From Laetmonice hystrix (taxonomy: Eukaryota), in contig OZ249436.1 in assembly GCA_965235115.1 (NCBI GenBank), positions 61,690,001 through 61,754,000 of the forward strand: DNA of 64,000 bases, written 5' to 3'. The notes under the pieces were generated by a model, which searched no databases, was not told the DNA's origin, and saw only the letters and a list, made by a program, of their open reading frames with translations. Both the position numbers and the translations under genes were made by a program. Below, piece after piece: positions 15,145 through 28,879 of this stretch (the first letter of the stretch is position 1; the number at the start of each line of letters is the position of its first letter).

Positions 15145-18103
15145 GTTTTGCCTCTACGGTAGAAAATTCGAGAAGGATAGGTATGTTGAGAAATTAGATT
15201 AGAACTCTGTGCCTGTGCGTAGGGGGAAATTCGACTATTTATACTGCTCATCTCTACATCCGCGATGCCGCTTTACACGACTTTGCGCAAATCCTGGGGA
15301 AATGGCCGCTTCATACATCCGAGGCCAATCGTAACATCTCGGGCTTTCCGTACGCAAAACACCTTGAATGTATTTGGGACGCTGCCATGTTGAAACTAGG
15401 CTACTTCCAGTCACATGATTCGATGGAGTCATGTGACCGGCGATTTAGTTAAAATGGCGGACGCGTAACACCAGCACTTGTTTTGTTTCTGGACAACGCC
15501 AAACTCTGTGACTGTTTGTTGCTTGAAATTGTTGGGATTTGGTAGGTTAATAACAAAAATAGTTTGTAAACTTCGCAACATGTATGCTTAGCCAGAGCCT
15601 GGAGCTCAGACAAGCCAGACATGCCTAAGTTACAAGACGCATTCAGTATTCCCTCGGGCATATGACGTCATGACCGCAGGATTCCCGATTGGTGTCGATG
15701 CTGCGGGCAACGATGAACATCTTCCGGATTCGCGGATTTCAACTTTTTTGAGACTGAAATATGTGTTAAAATCCCACTTCAATACCACCGGATACACAAA
15801 AATGCATAAATTTGTGTCAGATTCATAAGTTTCTGCGATCTGTTGGAACTACTTAGGCTAGCAGGGCGGTAGAACATGAGTAGTGATGTGACGTCACAGG
15901 CGTTTTACGCCTGTAGTTTTGGGCCTGTCTTACACCCGAGGGTACTTCTCAACCGGAAATGAAATGACCTCGGACGTTCCGATTGATCCGAGGCCTGGTT
16001 TGCTTGTATCGTGAAGAATATCCACGTCTGCATGCCATATCCAGCCCAACTTGTAGCCATTGGGTAATCTGGCTTCTAGGGATATAGACGAAATTTGATC
16101 ATAATCACCCCCCCCCCCCACTCTGTTTGTTATCTATGATTTAGTATCATATAGGTCAACATGTATCAAATGGTTTCATTGACCCACCCTCTTGACCTGT
16201 ACACCTTGTGTTTGTCTAATGAACTGAAGCCGAACGGTCTATGAAAGGTCTTTGTCTCTAATCTAAGATTTAATCTTCTTTGCCCTTGGCACTAAGGACT
16301 CACACGGGAAGAGATTCGCAAAAAGTAATGTAAGAATCGCAGTACGTAATTTTATTGAGTGATAAAAAAGCAAGAATGCAGGCTTCTATTTCTTCATCGA
16401 ATATTATAACATCGCGGTGGTAGGGTATTTTTAAAGGTATGACGAGTGTAAGGGTTTTATAAGGATAACTTTCTTAGCAACAGTTCAGTCGACATTGAGG
16501 GCTTATTGGGCTGAATAATGTAAGGATGGTCAGAATTAGGCCCTACTATATTTTAATTATATATATGCGCATTTTATCTGCCAGTGCCATTCGGGAGGAG
16601 GGTGCCCTATGGTGCTCCCTATGCAATGCGTGTTCCAAACTAACTGATTTTATTATTATATACAAGTTTACTATGGGGCCCTATATGGAAGCACAGAAAC
16701 GTGTTATAAATTAGGCCATCGCAAGGTCTGGAATTTATAAGTCATTCTTTTTTAAATGTTGTTTGTTTTCCTTAAATTATAAATAATCCAAGCACATACA
16801 CTCACTGACGATAAGTATTGAAACACTGAAATGCACATCACAGTCCAGGTTGGAGAATTGTGTTACAATAATGTATTCTCCCCAATTCTTTACACAAATT
16901 AAGACGTCTTGAAAGGGTATGTGTTCTGAAGTCAATGTTCTTTTTGACTGTTGATAATATTGCGTCCCAGGTCATGGCACCACCTGCCTGTCAGAATCCT
17001 GACTGGGGTGAAAGGTAAAAATCAGTCGATCTTTTCTCGGTGTGGCTTTCTTTGGACGACCACTTCTGTTTAAAGGCCTAGGGTGTAGGCCTACTTGAAC
17101 GCCGTGTCGAAGACAGTGTTCTATGATGTGGGGAACACTCCCGGTGCTGCATGGCTAGAGTTGTCCTCTGAAGAGAACAGTTCTAAAGTTCCAAAAGAAC
17201 CAGGTCTTTGCGCAAATCCTGGGGAAATGGCCGCTTCATACATCCGAGGCCTGGTTCGCCTCTGGATATGACCTAGAAACAGTCAATCGGAAGCAGCGTC
17301 GGTGTTCCGAGTGGGAGTTCTCCAGCAACTGGGACTATTATGGGATGTTGTTCGACGCCCCTTTCGTAGAGCGAAGGCAAATTCAAACTTCTGCTAGTAT
17401 CATGTTATAGCTTCGTCCCGAATCCTAGTTAACAAAGATCATCATACTGCAGTACTGTCTTCACATATGTCAATAGGTTGCTATCGGTGACAGGTAAGCG
17501 TTTTATTTTCGAAGTTACGTACGATGTACCTTTAATACTCCCTTGAGGCAGCTTATTGCATGTTGTGTTGATACACCACATGATATGTTAGCCTACTTAA
17601 GTACTCGCACGGTGGCCTGTGTCACCGTGAAATATGCATGTTCTGATAAGCCCTTCCTAACCAAGGAGAAAGATAAAACTGTTATCAGGTTGTCGTAAAG
17701 TACTGTCGCAATTAAGTGAATAAAATTCTACTTTTTCCATGATGTAAAAAAAGCGACTGGATTTTGATTAGAATTTCTGGGACAAGGTCGATAAACAAGT
17801 TCCAAACCTGCCCAAAACCTTTTCTGAAACTCGACGTTCTCATCAATAGTTGGAAGTCGAAGCTGGTTACCTTTATAATCATTTAAGATCAAAGAGAGCG
17901 TTGATGACTTATTGAGAATAGTCTTGGGCCTCAGTAAATCATCTCCGTGAGTTTAACCTCGTCACGTGACAATCAAGGATCGGCTGATGTTTCGACACTT
18001 GGAACGCGACGCATGCGCGACCGAAGTATCACAGAAGCCGACGCAGTAGTCGATCTCCGAGTGAGATCAACCTGAGGATAAAGGAAACAAGCAGGACACG
18101 ACA

Positions 18104-21100
18104 ATGGCTAGGATTGTCCTTGTCGGGATACTTCTCGTCGCTCTTCTACCAGGTACGATGTCCTCTTCCTTTCAGACAATAGTTTTTCTTGATTGCCCAG
18201 GGGGCACGTGCCGACTAGGGTTTCCTCCGAATTAATGCATTTTAAATTAATGAAACAGCTGAGTGACCGTTCAGGGATGTATGAGGGGCGCGGTGACTCG
18301 GTGTCGCCTCGTGCTGGATGTGGGGGGTTGTCAAATACGTGCTTCACGGTCAGGGGCCTCCACCGGTAAAACTGACCGGGCGCTCGACATGTCCCTGGCT
18401 GTGACTGCGGCATTACACCCCTATCGAAAATTCCAAAATAGAGGCACCATACATTATATTCGATTCATATATACAAACTTCAAGGGAACGATCAAATCAA
18501 GGGAAGTTTGATTTTCAGATTCTGTCGTGCCGATCGATCAAGATGCCGTGAACAACATCGCGACCAACTTGGGAATTACCTACGCAGTCGTAAATAACCT
18601 TGGCACAGGTGGTAAGAGTTACCAGATGAAAATTACGCTTACAAACAATGGGAAAACATCTATATCCTATGGCGAATGGGCGTTGCACTTCTGCAACATC
18701 CGTATGCTTGAGCCAAACGATTTACTCATCGGAAACAGCGTCAACCAAAAAGGCACTTTACTTGGAAAATCGGGTCTGCGCCTTTACCACGAAACCGGAT
18801 GTGCTTTTAAGATGGAGTCCACCCCTGAATTCGTGGATCTGAAGCCGAGGCAGCAACTAGAGATTGACATGAACGGTAAAGATTGGCAGGTTGCTAAAAC
18901 AGACGTGATGCCCAATTGGTACGTGACAGGGCAGGACGGAACAGTGCCGCGGACCGTCGACAGTACGGCGGGAGAAGGCCTCGACTTTGTCACAGATTTC
19001 ACCACTAAGGAACAGTGGAAGAGAATGGAAGAGGACAGGTACAACCCCTACACTGCCCAGGATCGATTCTCCCTCTACATGTCGCAAGACCTTGGCGCGG
19101 CACCCCTCCGGATCCTGCCATCAGTTCGTGAGCAGAACCTAAATGAAGATGAGAGTTTGAATGTGAAAACAGGAGATTGGGTCATACATAGCTCCGTCGA
19201 AGAGAAACTCGCAAAGTATCTCTCAGGTATGGGATGACTTTTTTATATTTATGGTATGGTGTGGTATTATATATCAGGGGCTGTCGAAACCCGGTACGAA
19301 CTGTGAAAATCTCGCCTTGCGTTCTTTTCGTACTCCTGCCCGTAAACATTAGAAGTGGTTATCAAGAAAAAAGATTCAACCACATCCACCTACACTGCAG
19401 GAAGAGGTGTAAATTGTACGATAATACAATAAACTTAGGGGGGGCTCCCTCGAGATTAATCAGTTCAAAACATGTAATAATCTGTTAACGCGAATCTTTC
19501 TTCATTCAGACAAACTTGGTCTCCCAGTGGTTACTGAAGATCCTCCAAACCGGTTCATCCAACTGGACATCGACGAGAAGCTCACGAATCGGATTTCGGA
19601 TTGTTCCGGAAATGACGAATACTATCTGTTAGAAACGGACTTGCCCAGTGAGAAGATTGCCATCAGAGGCGCCTCAAGTAAAGGGGTATTTTACGGGATA
19701 CAGACCCTGTTGTCGCTGGCAAGCAGGGAGGGTGGCATCCCCACTGGTACCATTGAAGACTGCCCTCGGTTCGCAGTCAGAGGGATGCACGTCGACGTCT
19801 CCAGAAACTTCATGTCCAAGGAGGCTATCTTGAAACTGCTGGAGGCCATGGCCACTTACAAACTGAATGTGTTTCACTTCCATCTCACCGATGATGAAGG
19901 ATGGAGGCTGGAGATTCCTGGCTTAGATGAACTCACAACGGTCTCATAATATTTTATAACTTGCAGTATGATATAAGGCCTATAACATTCATAAGTTTAT
20001 ACAATGAGGATATTATACCCGTTTCAGTTTTCTGGTCTAGCGAACGGTGTTATGGAAATACATTTCCAAGGTCAAGTTCTGCTTAAAACATATGTATAGC
20101 ACCTCTTTTTAGAAGGGGTACAGACTGCTTCTAAACTACGTCATGCAATTAAAATAATTTGTTTTAACTCAAGACTATGCATATTATGATGTGCGATGTC
20201 TGTAGTTCTACAGCTGTGTTGCCTTCGTCAGGTCGGAGCCCACCGGTGTCACGACCCGAGCGCTGACCGGTGCATCATGCCCCAGCTGGGGTCTGGGCCA
20301 ACTACGACTACCTCAGGCTCGGGCTACTACACGGTACAGGACTACAAGGAAATCCTCAAGTACGCCGCCGACCGCCACATTGAGGTTATCCCGGAGTTCG
20401 ACATGCCGGGTCACGCACACGCTGCCATCAACGCTATGCTCTCCAGGTACCGGAGGCTCCGAAACACCGACCTGCAGCAAGCCAAGAAGTTTCTGTTGAC
20501 GGACCTGAACGACACCTCTCAATACTTCTCCGTCCAGATGTTCACTGACAACGCCATGAACCCTTGTGTTAATTCCACATACACGTTCGTTGAAAAGGTT
20601 ATGGATGAAGTGATCAAGATGCACGAAGGCATCCAGACACTCAAAGTCTTCAACTTCGGCGGGGATGAGGTACCTGAAACTGCATGGAAAAACTCCTCAG
20701 CTTGTCAAGACATGAACATTTCGAGTGACGATATCAAGAAACGCTTTGTACAAGAGGTATCAAAACTTGCAAACAGTAAAGATCTGTCTTTACACGCCTG
20801 GGAGGATGGTGTCATGTACCACGGAAACGAAAACGAACCATTTGATATAAAGGATTTAGAGACTAATGAAGTGTTCGTCAACACCTGGAATAACATCTGG
20901 GAGTGGGGATCAGGTTCAAGGTCATACATACTCGCCAATGCCGGCTATAAGGTTTGTCAACCAACAAGAATAGCTTTATTTGAAATCCAAATAAATTGAT
21001 ATGACCATAATATACGTTTCTAATAACAATAATTATTATAATATCCGTGCCTCGTTCTCTGGTCACAACAGGGCCGCATCTAGAAGGATCAAGAGATCTT

Positions 21101-23009
21101 TTCACTTCTTTCATGACTTTGACCCCAGTTGTATCTTCCTCTCATCATTGTGACCTGTTGTAAGAAGTTTTAACTTTATGACCTCCAAAGTATATTATGA
21201 CTCCTTCCATCGTCCTAGATCCGCCTTTTTACAAATTTTCTGAGGATTTTACATCCTCGAAACTCTTTCCTCCATGAACCCCTGTTTCAATTACTTCGAT
21301 GATGTTTTCCTGTAGGTTATCATCAGCCTTGCCACGAACATCTATTTCGACCACCCAGTGGAGCCTGACCCGGAGGAAAGAGGCTACTACTGGGCGTCCC
21401 GGATCGTCGACCTGAAGAGAACATTCGACCTCATGCCGGACTCCATATACGACAACATCCTCGTGGACCGGATGGGGGCACCATTGGATAAGGATGAGCT
21501 ATGCAAGACCACGGAGTCTTTTTGTCCGGAGCTTAAAAAAACAGAGAACATCCGGGGTGGGTCGCCGTACCATTCATTTCTCTGATAGCTTGGCGTTCTT
21601 ATTAATGATTCATGAAATACCGGTAGGGATACTTTATTAATTGTATTATTGAACATAATAGTAAAAATAATTGAACATATTATAATAGACGGGAAACTGA
21701 TTGCGATGTTACTGATGTAGGAATCCAAGGTGAGTTGTGGAGTGAAACCGTTCGCACGGACACTCAGTTGGAGGAGATGATATTTCCGCGCCTACTGGCG
21801 CTGGCTGAGAGAGCATGGCATAAGGCGGACTGGGAAAATGTGATGGACGTAAACATACGTCAAGAGAAACGCCAGCAAGACTGGGAACCTTTCCTTAATC
21901 TTCTCGGCTATCAGGAACTCCGACGACTTGACAGCATGAACATCCGATACCATGTCCGACCGCCAGGCGCCAAGTAGGTCCTAAGTCATGGCTTTAAGTT
22001 AGACATATAGGAGCGGTTTTGAAGCCCTATATTTTTTCCACCTGTTTCAGGTTGAAGTGGAAACATGACATTTATGTAAGCTCTAGGCACGGAGGCTAGG
22101 CCTGTACATCTCTACCGCTGTAAACCCAATTGAGGCTATCAAAATTATTTGATAGAGTTCCATAATGATGCATACATCGAGTGAGAATTTGCCGCATCAG
22201 TTTGGTTTTATCAACAGGTTGACAGATACTGAGCTGGAGGTGCGGCCCGAGTTTCCGGGCCTTGTCGTCATTGTGTCCTCCGATACTGGCGCCACCTGGT
22301 GCCAGGTGAAGAACACAACAGTGGTCCCGTCGGGCGCCGACCTACTGATTGCTGTCAGGTTGGTATCCTTGAGACACAGGTTGGAGTTAGGGCATGGCTA
22401 ATTAGACCATTTAACCTGTCTGTCTTTTTCTACCTTTTTTCGTCGCCAGACTTTGACGAGTCAAACTATAGGGCATGGCCGGATCCCAAAGAGAACTAAG
22501 TCCACGACCTTAGGGTGATGGGCACCCTCCTTATAGCTCTCTTTGCTATATGAGGCCTACATCACCCGGGTTTTAGGGGAGATTTCAGACTACCACTGGC
22601 TAATCTGTGGTATATTTTGGACGAGAAACAGAGGCTAGTATAGGGCCTACGATTAGATAATGTAGGCCTTCAGACTATGCCTTTGTGTTGACATACTTGA
22701 TAGACCTATTATCTATATATCTTGTTTATAAGCCTATAGTTATACAACATTATTTTCATCTGATTGATGGATTAATGAATGAATAATCTCGTTGTTTCTT
22801 TGTTTGCCTGTATACTGTTTGATTGTACTATTACAAATTGTCACTGCAGGTCGGCAGACTTAAGCAGACAGAGTCGTTTGATATCACTCTCCGTCGATAC
22901 TACGCCCACCTCTGATGGTCCCAACATTTTATCTCCGACCATGAGCGTCCAACTTGGAATCTGCCTTTTTACACTGAAATTTGCTTTTTTTCAATTGAGT
23001 ATTTTGTAA
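18104..23009 (+). CDS. Chitobiase-type beta-N-acetylhexosaminidase 2 (GH20), 900 aa, signal peptide plus C-terminal GPI-like tail
   Basis: Eight exons: 18104-18152, 18519-19226, 19510-19940, 20232-20951, 21316-21556, 21721-21973, 22218-22358 and 22850-23009, total 2703 nt. Intron positions and phases match paralog 1. N-terminus MARIVLVGILLVALLP; motifs DVSRNF, NFGGDEV, YFDHP, GYYWASR and ELWSE. Confidence 0.94.
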
Positions 23010-25483
23010 GAATACACCTTCTTGGGTAAAAGGCAGCCTAGCCAGGCGGTATAAACCATGAAGTTTGGACCCAAACATAGTAATGTAGAACATAACGCCC
23101 CCTTATGGTACATATCTAACTACATGCTTCAGTAATCGACTATCCTATCGTAGTTTATAGGCCTACATTAATGCACTCATTAAATAATTATATGCATGCC
23201 CGCGGTCGACCAGGGCCGTACGTAGCGGGGGGGGGGGGGGCAGAGGGGGCAGTTGTGTGAAAAGGTGCCCTTTTTACGAGCAGGGTGTAAATTCATCCTT
23301 GTGATCAGGATCAGAGTCTACACATGTCTAAGTTTGTCCCCAGCAACCTTAGGCTGCGTATGGCAATGTCGAACACACCGAACTAAAACTATAATAAACT
23401 CTCGCCAATGGGTATTTTTATTAAACAGACCATCCCACAACGACAATAATGCTTTCAGTAAAGTATAGAGTTGCCATTACTAGATATATTACAGCGTTTT
23501 TATCGAGCTAGGCTTACGCTGTTGTGTTTCTGGAGGTAGAAAGCAGTTTGGGCATACATGGCCTAAGCAGAAAGGCCAAGAAATGTTTGAAGTTCGACAT
23601 ACTTCTTTAAGCGCCCCAACCTCTACCAGGCTTCTACTGCAAGGTCGGATCGAGGTCGGCACCGAGGGGAGTGGGTTGGAACTTTGACACGAAAATAAAA
23701 CACACACAAAACTTAACAAATTGGCGGAACATTGCAATAGGCCAAGTTCTTTGGCGTGTGGTTAAGTGTTAGACTCTAAGCTGTTAATTTGTCACGCTCT
23801 TTAATAAAACATCGAATATCATTGCATTAATTTGATTTAAATCATAGATCATATAGGCTACCCAACAGCCATCTCTTTCTTCTCAAAATTGTTAGAACTG
23901 TGAATCGGAAATGTCTTCAGGGAACATGCACCTTCCCGAGAAAAACTCTGCGTGGTAATTGAATGTTATTGCATACAAAGTAGGCCTAACTCAAGATTAG
24001 CCTGCATATTCTTGATGTAGAGCTTGGTCCAAAGGAGATGTCCTATTCAAAAGAGAGAAAGCAAGACGGAAAGAAGAAAAAAATGGGTGTTTTCTCTCAA
24101 AATATTTATGAATGACATTACTTTTTAAACACAATGTTATGAAATTCTTTTGAAAAAGGCCACTGGGTGATCCAAGGGGCCCGGGCCCCCCTTAAATTGT
24201 TCTTTTCCCTCTTTTTTTTTTATAAAGATGCATTATTCGGACCCCTGATACCAGGATTCCAACAAAATTCTTACCGGTACAAAGCCTCCTATATTGTACG
24301 TGATAGTAACATCGGGCCCAAAAGGGCCTTCTCAGTCGTCCAGCAGCAAGATAACTCTGGGCCATGCAGCATTGAAATAGACAAAAAGGGGGCCCGAAAT
24401 GGCCATAATCACAATAATTTTTTTTAGGTGGGCCCCCCCCTTATCAAAATCCTGGATCGATCCCCACTGTAGGTTATTCTACAAATTTCTGGGTTACGAC
24501 CCCAACCCAATATTGTTGGCTTAAAATAACCCAACGTTGGTATAGTGCAGGATTAAACACTTCATTTAGTTACGAGTTGGGTTATTTTTAACTCAACAAT
24601 TCTTTATGTTGCCCATTTTGCCACAAGGCCACACTGAAAGCGCGGTTGCCCAACAACGTGGTGAGTTTGTGAGAACACGGCTGGAAGTATTCGATGTGGT
24701 GTCACCTGAGGTTTTACTCCCAACTCTATAAAGGGAACTTTGAAGCGGGTCCGACGAATGAGGACAACACGCGGAACTTATTGGGACTTTCGGAAGAGTG
24801 CCTGATGCCAGAGATGCGCCAAAGACTCGGTGAAGATTTGAGTTGAGAGTTGAATCGTATTGGCCGGTAAGCTGGTAAGGTGAGAATGACGTACAGTCGT
24901 GCAGTTTGTAGTTGGACTCGGCTTAGTGGTCGCACTTGGTCCATGAACCATGCAGTCAAGCCCCGGCTGGCCATGCACCCGCCCCACGGAAAACTCGAGG
25001 GTGACTGGGCCAGCCTACAACACACGGTGGTCAACTGGTCGTGATCTTGGGGCACTAGGTCCAATCCTTTCCTCAAAATCCCACATTGTAGTCATCGCTT
25101 TATTAAAACGAGGGATGAAAACTTTAAATATGTACATTTAGATATGCACAAGTATAGACGGCGCAGGGCCTACCCCCGCAGACATAGGCGTTGGAGGTGT
25201 GCTGCCAACCCCCCCCCCCCCCAATAATATGTATAGATATAAATATTTTGTTTTTGTTAAATGATTTTATTATGTGAAACCCCCCCCCCCCCCCCCGCCC
25301 CAATTCTTCTACGGCTATTGCAGATTTTTGGGATAGTGCCATTTAAGCCGAGGCGTTTTCCTAGATCATGAAAAAATAGAAAAATAGTTGTGAATTGCGT
25401 TCCCCCAATAACTGAATAGAACAGAGTGGTTTAGTAATAAAATATAGGTTGAATCTAAGCCTTTGACTTTGTATGTCTTCCAG

Positions 25484-28400
25484 GAACAGCAGGTTTTTCA
25501 GTCTTGACAGTATGCCAGACGGGAAGGGGAAAAGGAACATGGATTGTCTTGAAGATATACAACCCCAGCAAGTGATCCAACAGCTCTTTTTGGATTCTGC
25601 CAAAATAATTCCAGGGCTGAATAAATTATTTGGCCTTTTGGTGGCATCTTCAAAAAAGCTTCAGCTATGTGCAATCCACATCAATGAAATGCTGACAGAA
25701 TCAGAAGAAGAATCGTACGTAGACTGGCCAACCAGCCATGTAGGAAAAGAGGGGTGTTTGGGTGAACAAGTGAAGGAGGTCGTGATCAATGTGAGTAAGA
25801 AGATGCTTCAAGGATGCAACCTGACTTCAGTTCATATTGACTGTGCATTAGGTCTTGGTTGGCATGAGAATGAGACCATCTTTGTGCATATAGCTGAGAG
25901 TTTAAACGTACCGGGTCATCAACAATCAACTTGCGATAACAACACTGCCAGCTGTGGCACTGATGAAATTTTGGAAATTTCTAAGAGGTCGCACCATTCA
26001 ATTATACCAAAGCGATCGGTGCTTCTTGGCAGTCCTCCTACTTCCAGTGAAACTGTGAGTGAATTTGTACCTGATCAGTCCAACACTCGGGGTGACATTG
26101 TGGACCATTTAGATGATTCGTACTGTCATCCGCTTACAGAAGCTGCCTGGCCTGAAAATATCACGGCTATAGCAAAGAAAGAATCAAAAGCTTCTTCATT
26201 AGTTGTTATGACTACCACCAAAGATACCTTGAAATCTCCCCCCTTTAAGGCGGTATCCCCTGAAAAATTAACATCAGATGATGATGAGATACAAGAAGAA
26301 AAGGACACCGGTACTTCGAATCCCACAGGGGAAAAAAGAAAAGATTTAAATGTAGGGTCTCCAAATAATAATGTAGATATTAAATTCAGTGAAATTGCAG
26401 GGAACAGTCAGTGTGGCAGTTTATCTGATTGCGTGAGTGAGTCTGCAACAGTTGGAATCACAACACAGAAGGACAAACCAGAAGAGGTAATAGTACTCCA
26501 AAAAAAGGAAGATCATAATAATAAGGCTGATTTGGAGCCGGTGGAAATTCTTATTGATGTCGATGATAGTGAATTCTTTGGGCCAGAACAGGAGGGAAAT
26601 CCAGAAGAAACAGTGAAGGACGTTGAAATTGCCACAAAGGTAAGAAAGACCTTAACTGTTTGGATGCATACAGTTACATTTAGAGCAGAAGTATTGGTTT
26701 TATATGTTTGTGTTTCTGATCTCAGAATCCTTCAGATGAGGATCTGGACGAGGGGCACGTATTCCAGTGTCAACTGTTGGAGGTGAGTGGGCCTTGGTGT
26801 ATAGGCCTATCCCTACCTTAATGATGCTGCCAACATTTATTGGTCAATGTTATTTCTGGGGCAATTGCATACGAGAGAGAAAAAGGGTAGCTCAACTGAT
26901 ACCAGTGGATTTGAAGGTGTATCCCAGCCTTTTTTTCTATGAAACCAATATCCCAGTGTGATCAGGCCCCGGTTTCAGAAAGGCCCTCAGCAGCAAACTT
27001 GAAGCTAAGCAGGACTACGGTGGCCCATGGGGACACAGACACTTTAACTTTCTACCTTGATTTTTCATGGATATTTTCACGGCACGGTAATATCAATGAA
27101 AATCAATCAAACCGCGACCAGGTCTAACAAATATAGATCATACATACTTGTTATGAGGCTTCCAAAGCAGTTTAAGATAGGCCTATAATTAATTGTAGTA
27201 TGTATGACATGCAAAATTAGACCCGTGATTAAATCTAAATACCCCCCCCCCCCCCCCCCATACAGCTAGGTCTGAATCGTGGTGATTTTCATTTCAGACT
27301 CATTTAAAGAAAAAGTGCAGTAAATCTAAGATTGCTATATCTGCTGAGAGTGATGACGAAGAGAAAGATGTCACCGAGGTTGCGTGTCGAGGTAGATTCG
27401 GGTCTGAACGGGTGACGACAGTCGTTAAGGCACCTGTAAGGACACATGAGGATACAGGAGATGACATAACAGTTGGTAAGGTTGATCACTGGAGAGTCCT
27501 AGCTAGCTAGGTTAATGTATAACACAGGGTGTCCCAAAAATTAGACAAAATCTGTGACTGCGACGGGCGACGTCTTTATAGGTGGTACATTTGGGAGACG
27601 GAAGAAACGGGAATCCTGGGAGAAAACCATAGACTATACTCTGCTTGAAGTACTAGTAATGAATATGTTTGGAGATTTGTCAGTGTCACCTGTGGCAAAG
27701 ACGGCATTCTAGGTTTCATCAGATTCCATGTTGCACCTGTTGACAGGGAGCTGTCACGGAGACGTAAGAATGAGATGCTCCTCAGACGGTGGCGATCGGA
27801 GACGGGTGATGTTAAAGGAATCCAGTGCACCAACAGAGCTGGTCTCAGAATGGCAGCAGGACGAACATACTGGGGACATCATCGGCATGCAGCGGTCGAA
27901 AGTCGCAGTGCAGCGGTGCACCCCAAAACATGCTCTAATTAAACCACTCATCGTTCATAACGAGCTAAGCGTCCAAAGAGATGTGAGATGGCCCACGGAT
28001 AACCGAACGTGGCCTTTGCCTCGAGAGGGACTTCTTGGCAATTGTCCTGGAGAAATACGCAATGCACACTGGGAGCTGAACGACAGTGGTTTTCAGTGGC
28101 CAAGACATATTCCGGGACCAAGAACAGTTGCTGGTTGGCCTCGAGAGATGGTGGTGGAGGAAACAGAAAGACAGGATGAATACTTAGCAAGGCCAGGAAT
28201 CCCTCCTTTACTTGAAGTAGAAAATCAGACTGAACATTGGAATAGGCAGAAATTGTGTGAAGAAAACTGTGGAGACATGTATTACAACCAACGGCTTCAA
28301 AACGAACACTTTACACATGATTCATTTGTAGGGAACTCTCAAGTTATAGAAAGGCCACTTGGATCCCAGATCTCTGTAAGACCAGGTCCTGGTGACCAGC

Positions 28401-28879
28401 CGTTTGAACGACCCTGTGAACTCTTCAACTGCGAACAGTCCCTCAGACAACGAACAGCACAGGAACTGTGGACGCCAGAACTACAGCCACAGAGACGACC
28501 TGGAGCGCACGAGCAATGTCCAAACGCCATAGGTTACAAACTCCTGATGGCTCCATGGCAGACATTCCGCAAGAAATATGAGGACGGGCGTGTTGGGATA
28601 CCACCTCAAGCACGTCTTGCCTGCTGGCCGCAGAGGCTGCCGCCCCGGCCACCCGGAAGGCTGGCCCCATATAACTCGTTTGACTACCGTAGAGGCTTTC
28701 TTCACAATCAGCCCCAACCATTCTATTTGAGAGGGCCCCAGCCCAGGGCTATGATGAATCGTTGCCGTGAGAAGATACAGGAAACTGAAAATTTCAGCCA
28801 GATGCCTGATCTACGAAACTGGCTGGAAAATACAGGTCGCCATGGCAATCTAGAAAACCATGCAGAGACGTGGCCTTAG
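25484..28879 (+). CDS. Uncharacterised orphan protein (~845 aa if initiated at ATG 25513): duplicated N-terminal ~45-aa module, acidic linker, Pro/Arg/Gln/Trp-rich C-terminus
   Basis: Exons 25484-26639 (cag|...AAG|gtaaga), 26726-26782 (cag|...GAG|gtgagt), 27298-27475 (cag|...G|gtaagg) and 27723-28879 (TAG). Phases 0/0/1 join without stops. The 5' end (upstream exon vs ATG 25513) is uncertain. No named domain recognised. Confidence 0.72.

Noticed and set aside
20650-20672. NFGGDE instead of HFGGDE as loss of activity in chitobiase 2
   Set aside because: The GH20 consensus allows H or N at this position, and the D-E pair is intact.
24620-25080. GC-richer ORFs upstream of the orphan gene
   Set aside because: Stops interrupt every frame I tried and there is no recognisable domain. 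It may be 5'UTR or a TE relic.
26960-27086. Possible extra exon (CDQAPVSERP...) in the orphan gene
   Set aside because: It would end in phase 1 while the next exon starts in phase 0; the model is complete without it.
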